Source of the DNA: a virus | Taxonomy: Duplodnaviria > Caudoviricetes | Reading direction: 5' to 3' (one strand) | Length of the DNA: 52,412 nucleotides | Virus record (IMG/VR): IMGVR_UViG_3300027743_000033 | Coordinates: 1 to 52,412 of that record | Part shown: piece after piece, positions 16,891 to 25,764 of the stretch | Position numbering within the stretch: position 1 is the stretch's first letter | How the letters are laid out: each line of letters opens with the position of its first letter | Program-made: the position numbers and the translations under genes | Notes under the pieces: generated by a model | Database searches by the model: none | Told to the model about the DNA's origin: nothing | What the model saw: only the letters and a program-made list of their open reading frames with translations

Positions 16891-17738
16891 TGACCTTCTA
16901 CACCTACGTGATGCGCGACCCGCGCCCGGGTAAAAACTTGCAGCCGATCTACGTCGGCAAAGGCAAAGGTAGACGAGTACACGTGCATTGGCGCAAAGCC
17001 CTCGACCATAGGAATCCATTGCTCCGTCGCGTCTTTGGCAAACTTCACAAATCTGGCTTGGAACCGCAGATTGAGATCGTCGGCCATTTCGATGTCGAGA
17101 CCGAAGCCTTTCAGCGCGAAATCGAATTGATCGCCCAATATGGACGACGCGATCTTGGCTTGGGCACTCTTTGCAATCTTACTGACGGTGGCGATGGCGC
17201 GTCTGGATGTTTGATTACTGCGACGCGCGTCGAACGCTTTCGAAAACAACTCACCGATCCTGAGTCTGAGTTTTCCAAAGCAAGAGTTGAAGGTTTGCGA
17301 AAGCCGGAGGTTAGGAAGGCCAATTCCGAACGCATGCGAAAGCGCTCTGCCGACCCGGAATTTAGGAAGGCTAATTCCGACCGTACGCGGAAGCAAAATG
17401 CCGATCCGGAATTCATCAAGGCGCGTGCTGAAGCTTTAGTTAAGCTTCACGCTGACCCGGAATTCACCAAAGCGAATACCGAACGCATGCGCAAGCGCAG
17501 CGCCGACCCAGAATTTAAAACTCGCGCGGCCGCTGGTCGTGCGGCTTATCAGGCCAAAGGGCTCTCGTGTGGTGAGGGTAACAGCATGGCAAAATTGAAT
17601 GAAGAAGCGGTTTGCGAAATCAAGAAACGCATTGCAAGCGGAGAAAGGAGTACGCCGATTGGCTGTGACTTTGGTGTTTCCAGGCGAACAATCTCACACA
17701 TCAAGAATGGGACAACCTGGGGGCACGTTAATGTCTGA
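16890..17738 (+). CDS. GIY-YIG homing endonuclease with 17-aa tandem repeats and a C-terminal HTH
   Basis: FYTY..DPR..IYVGKG..R...E..LI...LCNLTDGGDG; DPEFxKANSERMRKRSA repeats; FGVSRRTISHIKNGTTW. Confidence 0.82.
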   Translation: MTFYTYVMRDPRPGKNLQPIYVGKGKGRRVHVHWRKALDHRNPLLRRVFGKLHKSGLEPQIEIVGHFDVETEAFQREIELIAQYGRRDLGLGTLCNLTDGGDGASGCLITATRVERFRKQLTDPESEFSKARVEGLRKPEVRKANSERMRKRSADPEFRKANSDRTRKQNADPEFIKARAEALVKLHADPEFTKANTERMRKRSADPEFKTRAAAGRAAYQAKGLSCGEGNSMAKLNEEAVCEIKKRIASGERSTPIGCDFGVSRRTISHIKNGTTWGHVNV

Positions 17739-18630
17739 CCGACTTGCCATTGGTGACAACCGGCCCGCGCTCATCACCGCCGACCAGCTCGCGAAGGACT
17801 TCGCGCATATCGAGAAGTTCGTGGCTGAACTTGAGGCTACAGCGAAGGACGTCGCCCCCGTCGTTGAAGACGATGAGGACCTCGCCATCGTCAATGCGCT
17901 GGTGCCCAATCTGCGCGCCGGCGCCAAGCATTGCGACGAGGTCCGCGACCAAGAGAAGCGGCCCTACCTCGACGCCGGCACCACGGTGCAAACCTTCTTC
18001 AAGGCGTTTGAAAACCGCCTGCTCACGCTCAAGACGGATCTCGAGAGCCGCGGCGGCCGATACCTCAAGAAGAAGGCCGACGCCGAGCGCATCGCGCGCG
18101 AGGAAGAAGCCCGCAAAGCCCGCGAGGAAGAAGCTCGCCAGCGCGCTGCAGCCGAAGCCGCGGAGGCCGCAGCACGGCGCGCGCGCGAAGCCGCTGAGAA
18201 GGCGGAGGCGGACCGCGCCAAGGCCGCAGCAATGGCCGATGCGGGGGCGTTGGAGAAAGCGGCACAGGCGAAGGCCGCAGCTGATGCTGAGGTCGCCGCA
18301 GCGACGGCGCGCGCGCAGGCCGAGCAGAAAGCCGCCAGCGAAGCGACGGCCCAGACCGCGGCGACAGAAAAGGCGGCAACGGCAAAGACGGCCGACCTTG
18401 CACGTACGCACACCGCCGGCGGAACGAGCAGTTTGCTGGAAACTTACGAGCCGAAAGTCGGCGACTTCGCGAAGGTCGATTTGCTCGCGATCCGGGCCTT
18501 CATTCGAGAAGACGAGATCATGTTGGCGCTACGCGCCTACGCGCGCGCGAACAAGGACGAGCTCAAAGCCGGCGGCGCCAAGATCGACGGCGTGACGTTC
18601 GTGCTCACCACGAAAGGAAGTTTTCGATGA
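17731..18630 (+). CDS. Ala/Glu/Arg-rich coiled-coil phage protein of the recombination module
   Basis: IGDNRP start, EKRPYLDAG..V..FF and C-terminal IDGV. Lies between the exonuclease and the annealase. Confidence 0.7.
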   Translation: MSDRLAIGDNRPALITADQLAKDFAHIEKFVAELEATAKDVAPVVEDDEDLAIVNALVPNLRAGAKHCDEVRDQEKRPYLDAGTTVQTFFKAFENRLLTLKTDLESRGGRYLKKKADAERIAREEEARKAREEEARQRAAAEAAEAAARRAREAAEKAEADRAKAAAMADAGALEKAAQAKAAADAEVAAATARAQAEQKAASEATAQTAATEKAATAKTADLARTHTAGGTSSLLETYEPKVGDFAKVDLLAIRAFIREDEIMLALRAYARANKDELKAGGAKIDGVTFVLTTKGSFR

Positions 18631-19643
18631 CCACCACCGAAGTCGCAGTCCAGCAGGCTAGCAACGTCGCAGCGTTGCCGACGCGCCATCTCGTGCCATC
18701 AACCGATCTGTTCTCCGACCCAGCGGCCTTCGAACACGCGCAGCGAGTTGCCAAGGTCTTTGCCTCGTCAAAGCTCGTCCCGCAACACATGCAGGGCAAC
18801 ACGGCCGACTGTCTTATTGCGCTCCAGATCGCACGCAGGCTCAACGAAGAGCCTCTGACGGTCATGCAGCAAATCTACATCGTGAATGGCCGCCCCGGTT
18901 GGTACACGAGCTACATGATCTCGCGCGTCAACCGCGCTGGGATATTAAAAGGCCCAATCACATGGGAAGAGGCGGGTGAGGGCGACGCGCTCACTGTGAC
19001 TGCAAAGGCAGTGCTCGCAGCCACTGGAGAAGAAATCCGCGCGTCTGCGGACATGCGTATGGCGGCCGCCGAGGGATGGACCAAAAACGCCAAATACAAA
19101 AGCATGCCGGCCCATATGCTGCGCTGGCGCTCGGCCGCGATGCTGATCCGCCTTTACGCCCCCGAGGTCATGCTCGGCATGCCGGCCGTCGAAGAACTTG
19201 AGACGATGCCGAAGATGCGGGACGTGACGCCGGCGAAAAACCTGGCCGACAAGCTCGACGCTCTCGCCCAAATCCCCGCCAAGGCCGAGACGCACGACCC
19301 CGAGACCGGCGAAATCACCGACGAAGCTCCGCGTGCGGGCACAGCTTCGACGCAGGCGCCTTCAGCAATGGATGCCCCACCTGCGACGGGCCAGCCGGCT
19401 TCCGATCCTGATCCCTCCCAAAGGAAATCAGAACAACCGGGAGCCGGCGCGGCCTCTGCTGCTGCCTATCTGCAAGACACCCACGCATGGATCGAAAACC
19501 TGCTCGACGCCGACGCTGGGGAGAAAAGATGGAAAGCCGAGAAAGTCTTGCGCAATCGCTTGAACGTCGATCCAGACGATCGTGACAGGCTTGATGCCGC
19601 ATTGAAGGCGAAGATCGCGGCGCTGCGCGGGCTGATGACGTGA
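18627..19643 (+). CDS. RecT/Redbeta-like single-strand annealing protein
   Basis: LVPQHMQGNTADCLIAL, MQQIYIVNGRP and P.HMLRWRSA..LIRLYAPEVMLG. Confidence 0.8.
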   Translation: MTTTEVAVQQASNVAALPTRHLVPSTDLFSDPAAFEHAQRVAKVFASSKLVPQHMQGNTADCLIALQIARRLNEEPLTVMQQIYIVNGRPGWYTSYMISRVNRAGILKGPITWEEAGEGDALTVTAKAVLAATGEEIRASADMRMAAAEGWTKNAKYKSMPAHMLRWRSAAMLIRLYAPEVMLGMPAVEELETMPKMRDVTPAKNLADKLDALAQIPAKAETHDPETGEITDEAPRAGTASTQAPSAMDAPPATGQPASDPDPSQRKSEQPGAGAASAAAYLQDTHAWIENLLDADAGEKRWKAEKVLRNRLNVDPDDRDRLDAALKAKIAALRGLMT

Positions 19644-19666
19644 ATCGAACACCACGGAGACCACCT

Positions 19667-19852
19667 GTGCGAAGCATCATAATTATTGCCGCCACCATGA
19701 CCGTCGCCAGCACCACGCTGGCGTCCGCGCAGACGATGACGACGCGCTGCACGACATCCAGGGTTGATGGGGGCATCCAGACGGTTTGCACCACCACCAC
19801 AGCACCGGCACCGAGGCGGTACTGCACATCCTACGGATACTGCCCGAAATGA
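19667..19852 (+). CDS. Small secreted Cys/Thr-rich protein
   Basis: GGAGA RBS before GTG; signal peptide ending ASA; 4 Cys. Confidence 0.6.
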   Translation: MRSIIIIAATMTVASTTLASAQTMTTRCTTSRVDGGIQTVCTTTTAPAPRRYCTSYGYCPK

Positions 19853-20016
19853 CCAAGCGCGAGATCCAGCAGCGCGTCGACCGCATGATCCAGCACCTCG
19901 CCCGACTGGTGCTCAACGGCGACATGAGCGCGGAGGACAACCACGCAGCACTGCGCGACCTGGCCGAGTGGGAGAAAGCCGAGATGCTCAAGCTGCGCGC
20001 GCGGGACGAGGTTTGA
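19849..20016 (+). CDS. Hypothetical protein
   Basis: 55 aa, ATGA-coupled. Confidence 0.55.
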   Translation: MTKREIQQRVDRMIQHLARLVLNGDMSAEDNHAALRDLAEWEKAEMLKLRARDEV

Positions 20017-20018
20017 CC

Positions 20019-20378
20019 ATGCGGCTTCACGCGACAGTCATTGTGCTCGCCATGGTCCCGCTCGTGGTGTTCGCGATCGGGAGCTACGGCAAGCCGCAGA
20101 AGCCGCCGGCGCCGATCGAGCAGGCGACCGTACTGCGCGCGGTCAAGACCGACAGCTTCCGCGCGCCGGCGCTGGTCGTCACCGCCACACCATTCACGCC
20201 GGTCCTGGTCGAGCGTCCGGTCGTGACGGAGGAGGCCCGGTCCATCCCCGCCTTCGGGCCTCCTCCACCTCAGTCAGTCAAGAAGAAGACCAGGCTGGCT
20301 TACCGGCCGGACGACATCTGTACGCGACACGGCCTCCGTCGCGTGGACTACGGCCGGCGATGGAGATGCCGGAAATGA
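20019..20378 (+). CDS. Membrane-anchored hypothetical protein
   Basis: N-terminal hydrophobic helix; C-terminal DICTRHGLRRVDYGRRWRCRK. Confidence 0.65.
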   Translation: MRLHATVIVLAMVPLVVFAIGSYGKPQKPPAPIEQATVLRAVKTDSFRAPALVVTATPFTPVLVERPVVTEEARSIPAFGPPPPQSVKKKTRLAYRPDDICTRHGLRRVDYGRRWRCRK

Positions 20379-20404
20379 TCTCAACCCAGAAGGACTATCA
20401 CCCC

Positions 20405-21064
20405 ATGAGGAAACTACTCGCGCTCGCGACCACAGCCGTCTTACTCGCTATGGCGGCACCTGCGAAAGCCGACATCATCATCGACACGACCGGCCAAGGT
20501 GGCACCGGCAACAACGTCATCTTCAGCAGCATTGCCAACTCTAGCCTGATCCTTGGCCGCCTCAACGGCCAGAACAACGAGTTTGTCCGCTTCCGGGACT
20601 TGTCCGGCAACGGCGCTTTTTCCGGCGCCGCCAACGGCAACGACATCAAGATCGTGAACACATCGGACTTGGACATCACGGTCTTCGACAGCAACAACCT
20701 GATCCAACTTGGTGTCACAAGAGATATCTTCAGCATCAAAGGCACCGGGACCATGTTCTTCCATGTGACGGCCTTGGAAGCGGACGGCACCTTCCAGACC
20801 TTCAACTTTGGCGGCTACACGCTCGGGAGCGGGCAGAACGGGTTTGATTTCCAGGCCATCAACGGCGAGCGTATCTGGGACATGGACTTGGTGAACATCG
20901 GCGGCACCATCTCTGACTTCGAACACTTCCGCATCGATGTCGCGCCGTTCGCGGCAGTGCCGGGCCCCATAGCTGGCGCTGGCCTGCCTGGGCTGATCGC
21001 AGCTTGCTTCATGCTGTTCGGGCTCAACAAGCGGCGGCGGCAGCGGCAGATCGGGCTCGCCTGA
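20405..21064 (+). CDS. PEP-CTERM-like sorted surface protein 1
   Basis: Signal peptide (AKA), G/N/T/S-rich body, then VPGPIAGAGLPGL + TM helix + KRRR. Confidence 0.85.
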   Translation: MRKLLALATTAVLLAMAAPAKADIIIDTTGQGGTGNNVIFSSIANSSLILGRLNGQNNEFVRFRDLSGNGAFSGAANGNDIKIVNTSDLDITVFDSNNLIQLGVTRDIFSIKGTGTMFFHVTALEADGTFQTFNFGGYTLGSGQNGFDFQAINGERIWDMDLVNIGGTISDFEHFRIDVAPFAAVPGPIAGAGLPGLIAACFMLFGLNKRRRQRQIGLA

Positions 21065-21096
21065 ATTCTTCCAACCAACCCTCATGAGGTAACCAC

Positions 21097-21684
21097 ATGA
21101 AGAAGCTACTTCTCGCGACCGCCGCGCTGCTCGCCACGACGGTGGTGGGCAACGCAGCAATCATCGATAATTTGGGCTCCAACCCTACAAGTGCCCAGGG
21201 CGATTTCACCAGCGTCCTCGGCGGCGTCAACGCCACCGGAAATGGTCTCTTCTCCGACCAAATACTGTTCCAGTTGACCAACGCACAAACTATCACCGTC
21301 GCCTCGGCCACCAACAGCTTCCCCGGCGGCAACACGACGACTGACTTTATCACTAACTTCGCGGCGTCGATCTACAGCTACGGTCTCGACAACCTCTTCG
21401 ACGGCCCAGGGATCGGTGACGACTCGCTGTTGTTTGGCCCGCAATTCGCGACACTAGGCTGCTCCAATCTCTGCCAGAACTTGTTTGGTATCGCCACGCT
21501 TGATGCCGGGTCCTACTACGTCAGCCTGACCGGCACCGGCGGCGGGACTTCTGGTTATGGTGGCAACATATCAACGCTTGCCGTGCCCGGCCCCATCGCA
21601 GGTGCAGGCATTCCTGGATTGCTAACCGCGTTCGGCGCGGTCGGCGTCTGGTGGAAACGCCGTCGTCAACAAGCTCACGCCTGA
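21097..21684 (+). CDS. PEP-CTERM-like sorted surface protein 2 (FxDxF-like)
   Basis: Signal peptide, FSDQILF motif, then VPGPIAGAGIPGL + TM helix + KRRR. Confidence 0.85.
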   Translation: MKKLLLATAALLATTVVGNAAIIDNLGSNPTSAQGDFTSVLGGVNATGNGLFSDQILFQLTNAQTITVASATNSFPGGNTTTDFITNFAASIYSYGLDNLFDGPGIGDDSLLFGPQFATLGCSNLCQNLFGIATLDAGSYYVSLTGTGGGTSGYGGNISTLAVPGPIAGAGIPGLLTAFGAVGVWWKRRRQQAHA

Positions 21685-21714
21685 CGGGGCAACCCTCTGG
21701 TGCCCTCCCGTCAG
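21681..21714 (+). terminator. Stem-loop after the PEP-CTERM pair
   Basis: Inverted repeat CTGACGGG...CCCGTCAG with no clear U-tract. Confidence 0.35.
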
Positions 21715-21781
21715 CATGAGGGCGCGTGCGGGTTATGTGCCGCGTCCCGCACGCGCATCATGCTCTGCTGGAGCTGCCCGC

Positions 21782-21919
21782 ATGATCGAACATGAGTTCA
21801 TGACGATGGGGCAAATCCCGTTTGGCTATATCGCCGGCTTTGGGATCGTCGTGTTGGCGCTAATGGTACTGGCCGCCTACGGGTTGTTCGTCGCGGTAAC
21901 GCGGATAATGGGATCGTGA
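21782..21919 (+). CDS. Small single-TM protein
   Basis: Hydrophobic stretch YIAGFGIVVLALMVLAAYGLFVAV. Confidence 0.5.
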   Translation: MIEHEFMTMGQIPFGYIAGFGIVVLALMVLAAYGLFVAVTRIMGS

Positions 21920-22089
21920 CCACCCACCCCGAGGTCCGTGAAAAATCACCGCGCTACTGGAAGACCGGCCGCAAGCTCAGCGCCAAGCGGATCGCCGAGA
22001 ACGAGCACGCCGAAGAACTCAGCCGGTGGATCAAGGAAGAACTCGCCAGGGTCAAAGCCGAACTCAAAACCAAGGCCAAGGCCAAATGA
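21916..22089 (+). CDS. 57-aa basic hypothetical protein (not in the ORF track)
   Basis: MTTHPEVREKSPRYWKTGRKL...; GTGA and ATGA overlaps. Confidence 0.55.
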   Translation: MTTHPEVREKSPRYWKTGRKLSAKRIAENEHAEELSRWIKEELARVKAELKTKAKAK

Positions 22090-22322
22090 ACCTCAAGATC
22101 ACGCTGCCCCGCATGCCGGCACGCTTGGCCAAGGCGTTTGCAGTGTGGCTGGAATGGATCAACGCCGATGCCTGGAAAAGCATCCGCCGCATCGACGTGC
22201 TGCTCGTCGCCCTCGGCGTCTGCGTTGGCATCTACTACTACCAAGAAGGCGGCTGGCAGCTCGCCGCTCAAGGCGTGGCTTTGTACACGTTCGTCGCCCT
22301 CGTTTCGTTATGGATGTTTTGA
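22086..22322 (+). CDS. Small two-TM membrane protein
   Basis: Two hydrophobic helices. Confidence 0.6.
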   Translation: MNLKITLPRMPARLAKAFAVWLEWINADAWKSIRRIDVLLVALGVCVGIYYYQEGGWQLAAQGVALYTFVALVSLWMF

Positions 22323-22457
22323 CAATGAGCGGACATAGGCACCAAACGAAACGCTGCGATACCTGCGAGTTTTGGGCACGGGGAGACCAGGGCAAGGGCC
22401 GCGTCTACACCAACCAACGGCCGCTCGTGGCGCTGCAATCGCTAATGGAGAAACCCC

Positions 22458-22640
22458 ATGCATACTGTCCGCTTCGAGCCGGTCAATCCGACAGAAGTCG
22501 AACTCGAACTTCGGCTGCACATGACAAACCTCTGCCTCGCTGTCGTCAGCAAGGAGCCGGGCAGAGTACGCGAGTGCAAAGATCTTCTCGTTCAAAAGGT
22601 TTGCGAATTGATAGACGCGGCAGTGGAATCGAAAACATGA
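22458..22640 (+). CDS. Hypothetical protein
   Basis: GGAG RBS; ATGA-coupled to xis. Confidence 0.5.
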   Translation: MHTVRFEPVNPTEVELELRLHMTNLCLAVVSKEPGRVRECKDLLVQKVCELIDAAVESKT

Positions 22641-23005
22641 CCGCACCGCTGTATACCGTGGACGATGTGGCCGGGCGCCTTCACAAGAGCCGGCGCTGGT
22701 TGCAGGATTTCCTGCGCGGTCGGGACATCGGACGGCTGGCCGGGCGCACTCGGCTATTCACCGAGATCGACGTCGGCCGACTGATCGAGGCTCTGCCATG
22801 CTCAAGCTCAAAGACCCCCGCAAAGGCAAAAGCCCGAACTACTCGATCCGGGGGACGTACCGCGGTATCCGCGTGGACAAGAGCTGCGGAACTCACAAAC
22901 GATCAGTCGCTGTTGCCGAACTCAAGCGACTTGAAGAGGCCATCGAGCGCGGCGAGTACCCGCCCAAAGAAGCCCCAACTGATCGTGGACAACCAACGTT
23001 CCTGA
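22637..23005 (+). CDS. Excisionase-like HTH protein
   Basis: MTAPLYTVDDVAGRLHKSRRWL...AGRTRLFT, directly upstream of and overlapping int. Confidence 0.72.
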   Translation: MTAPLYTVDDVAGRLHKSRRWLQDFLRGRDIGRLAGRTRLFTEIDVGRLIEALPCSSSKTPAKAKARTTRSGGRTAVSAWTRAAELTNDQSLLPNSSDLKRPSSAASTRPKKPQLIVDNQRS

Positions 23006-23841
23006 GTGCAGCCGTTGCGTACATGGAAGCCGGCCGGCGGCCGAAATATGTTGCCAGGCTGATCAAGCATTTCGGAGAGACGCCCCTCACAGAGATCGAC
23101 CAGGCGGCGATCGATGAAGCCGCGATCGCGATCTGCCCGAACACCACGCCCGGCACGCGCAATGCCTGCGTCTATACACCGGTGTCCGCGATCCTGCACC
23201 ACGCCGGCATCAAGATCACCATCCGCCGGCCGAAGGGTGCCAAGGGCCGGGTCGTCACCGACTGGATTTCAGAAGCCGACGCCCGCGCCATCATCACGGC
23301 AGCCGACAAGATCAACCCCCAATTCGGGCTGCTGCTGCGCTACCTGCTGTTCACCGGCCTACGGCTCAATGAGGCGCTGCGTCTGCGCTGGGAAGACTTG
23401 CAGCTCGACGAAGCAACGGCCTGGGTCCGCCGCAGCAAGGGCGGGCCGGCGTCCCCGGTGCGGCTGCGGGGCGAGCTGGTGGCCGGGATGGCCGCCCGCC
23501 GCCCACAGGAGCCCGTAGGGCGCGTGTTCACCTTCGGGCAAGGCGGACGGCTCAAATATCTGCTTGTCCGCGCCAAGCTGGCAGCGCTGGGCATGCCTGC
23601 CCCCGTTGAGCGCCCAACCGGCTGGCGCCAACCGCCGAACCGGCTTCAGTGGCTCAACTTCCATTCGTTCAGGCACACCTGGGCGACTTGGATGCGGCGC
23701 GCCGGGGCCGATGTAAAGGGGCTGGTGGCGACCGGAAACTGGCGCGACGAACGGTCGGCCAGCCGCTACGCGCATGCCGTCCAGCGCGAGGAATGGAATC
23801 GGGTCGACAATCTGCCGAGTGTGGAAAAGAAGACAGCATAG
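22798..23841 (+). CDS. int: Tyrosine integrase
   Basis: TGLRLNEAL, HSFRHTWATW and GNWRD..SASRYAH catalytic motifs. Confidence 0.93.
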   Translation: MLKLKDPRKGKSPNYSIRGTYRGIRVDKSCGTHKRSVAVAELKRLEEAIERGEYPPKEAPTDRGQPTFLSAAVAYMEAGRRPKYVARLIKHFGETPLTEIDQAAIDEAAIAICPNTTPGTRNACVYTPVSAILHHAGIKITIRRPKGAKGRVVTDWISEADARAIITAADKINPQFGLLLRYLLFTGLRLNEALRLRWEDLQLDEATAWVRRSKGGPASPVRLRGELVAGMAARRPQEPVGRVFTFGQGGRLKYLLVRAKLAALGMPAPVERPTGWRQPPNRLQWLNFHSFRHTWATWMRRAGADVKGLVATGNWRDERSASRYAHAVQREEWNRVDNLPSVEKKTA

Positions 23842-23851
23842 GAGGACGAGA

Positions 23852-24052
23852 ATGAGCGCCCTGGCCGATGTTAAGAGCTACATGGAGTTTTGGGGATGGA
23901 CGAACGGCGGTGCCCCCGGCTCGGTTAAGCACGACGACGAGCAACGGATTGTTGCTCGCTATGGCGACACCAATTGGATTGCCGACGTAGACAAAGCGTG
24001 TGCGACGCTGGGCCGCCTACAGGCTCAGATTCTTGGAAAATCCGTGGACTGA
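23852..24052 (+). CDS. Hypothetical protein
   Basis: Strong AGGAGG RBS; 66 aa. Confidence 0.6.
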   Translation: MSALADVKSYMEFWGWTNGGAPGSVKHDDEQRIVARYGDTNWIADVDKACATLGRLQAQILGKSVD

Positions 24053-24234
24053 CCCATGACCAACCCGCAACCCATTGATCCGTCAACAGCGTCCTTTCTC
24101 TCCCCCCGGAGGCGGGCCGCTCCGTTTCTATCCCACAAACCCCCGCATTTATTGGCCTTGCCGCGCCGGCTCACGACGTTTCGCGACGCAACGGAGCGTG
24201 AACGAGGCGCTCCGATCCGTGTAAAATCCGTGGA
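24037..24234. other. Candidate attP region with arm-type repeats AAAATCCGTGGA
   Basis: Exact 12-mer at 24037-24048 and 24223-24234, plus a partial tandem copy at 24215. Poorly coding gap just downstream of int. Confidence 0.55.
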
Positions 24235-24442
24235 AAAATCTCCATTCGTTCTTGGGAGAATAATCCGATGATTGCCAAATTCTATGCTGCCCGAGTTGCT
24301 GGAGCATTTGGCGCGGCAGATCAGGGGCGACAGGAAATGAGTTCGCCAATGACGCGACAAGAGATCATCGACGGCTTGGCCGCGGCGATCCACGATCCCG
24401 GGTGCCCGGTGCGGTTCAGTCCGCTGTTGATGGCGGCGCGAC

Positions 24443-24934
24443 ATGACCCTGCATGAATTCATCACAGGTTGCAGCGATGCCGCCGCGAAGGTGTTTCATC
24501 TGCGCGGTCACCTCTCCCCAATGTGGCACGCCGTCACGCGCGCCGGCGAGCACCTGATGACACCGTCGCCGAGCGACGACAAGGACACCGCGGTCGCCTT
24601 GATGCGCGCGATGTTCGAGTTGAGCGATGTGGTGCGCTACGTTTTCATCGACGAGGCTTGGCAGGTTGAGGTCGCGAGGCGACCGGGTGAAGACGTGGAC
24701 GCGCTCACTGCTCGCTCGCGAAAGCTTGGCGGCTCGCTGAAGGATCACCCCGACCGCGTCGAAATCGTAGTGTTGAATGGCGAAGACGAGATCGCCGGAA
24801 TTTGCGTGGCGCGTCGTGTCATCCATCGCCCGCCCCACGGCAAGGCCTATCTCGGTCCGCTTGAGATCGCCACGCCTGCCTCCTCCGAAGGGCGCATGGT
24901 CGGCCTGCTGCCGCAACGGGGGACGCGGCAATGA
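24443..24934 (+). CDS. Hypothetical protein
   Basis: 163 aa with YVFIDEAW and HPDRVEIV motifs; ATGA-coupled downstream. Confidence 0.7.
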   Translation: MTLHEFITGCSDAAAKVFHLRGHLSPMWHAVTRAGEHLMTPSPSDDKDTAVALMRAMFELSDVVRYVFIDEAWQVEVARRPGEDVDALTARSRKLGGSLKDHPDRVEIVVLNGEDEIAGICVARRVIHRPPHGKAYLGPLEIATPASSEGRMVGLLPQRGTRQ

Positions 24935-25743
24935 AACTCGGTGAATCCCTCCGCCATCGGCGCAATACCTGCCTCGCGTGCGGGGCGCTGCTCGACGCGG
25001 TCACGATACAACGTCCGCCGCCAAGCAATTACCCGGATCAAATCCCATCAGCGATGGAGCCACGTCGAATGAGCAAGGATCGTCCTTTGCCTCCAATCCC
25101 GCGCCGCATAAAACATCTGTCGGTCAATCACCAGGGGTTTGTCGTTCCATTTTTTGTGCAGTGGTTCAAGGACGGCGAGGCCAGCGCCTTTGGCGAGGGC
25201 GCGCCCGACTTCCGCGTTGCCGACGAGCGCAAGTTTCGGCGCGCGTTGCAGGAGAAGCGCTGCTGGGTTTGCGGCGACAGGCTCGGTGTGCACTTGGCCT
25301 TTCTGATCGGGCCGATGTGCGCGGTGAACAAGGTCACCAGCGAGCCATCGTGTCATTTTGAATGTGCGGACTATGCGGCGCGCGTCTGCCCGTTCCTGAC
25401 GCGCCCGCGGATGCGGCGCAACGAGCATGCTTTGCCAGCGGCGCGCATCGAGGCGGCCGGTGTGCATTTGCGGCGTAATCCGGGAGCGGCCTGCATTTGG
25501 GTGACGCGCAGCGTGCGGCCGTTTCGGCCAGACATGGGCGAGGACGGCATTCTGTTCGCCCTCGGCCCGCCGGAGCGCGTGCTCTGGTATTGTGAGGGTC
25601 GGGCGGCGACGCGCGCCGAGATCGAGGCCGCGATCACCAGCGGCTTGCCAGCGCTGGAAGCGGTGGCTGAGCTGCAGGGCGGCGGCGCCATGGCCGAATT
25701 GCTCAAGGGCGTGCGGGCCGTCCAGACGCTGTTGCCGGCATGA
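24931..25743 (+). CDS. Cys-rich (probably Zn-binding) hypothetical protein
   Basis: VPFFVQW, CWVCG, FLIGPMC, EPSCH.ECA and CPFL motifs. The true start may be internal. Confidence 0.7.
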   Translation: MKLGESLRHRRNTCLACGALLDAVTIQRPPPSNYPDQIPSAMEPRRMSKDRPLPPIPRRIKHLSVNHQGFVVPFFVQWFKDGEASAFGEGAPDFRVADERKFRRALQEKRCWVCGDRLGVHLAFLIGPMCAVNKVTSEPSCHFECADYAARVCPFLTRPRMRRNEHALPAARIEAAGVHLRRNPGAACIWVTRSVRPFRPDMGEDGILFALGPPERVLWYCEGRAATRAEIEAAITSGLPALEAVAELQGGGAMAELLKGVRAVQTLLPA

Positions 25744-25764
25744 AAGGGAATAGAGGAGCCGCGC

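Noticed and set aside
17290-17520. Regularly spaced repeats as a possible CRISPR array
   Set aside because: They are degenerate in-frame 51-bp coding repeats with no unique spacers, and no cas genes are present.
21938-23005. 355-aa ORF
   Set aside because: The N-terminal part overlaps better-supported small genes. Only the Xis-like part from 22637 is credible.
24049-24260. tRNA or tmRNA fragment at attP
   Set aside because: I could not identify a T-arm (GTTCGA) or CCA-end pattern by eye.
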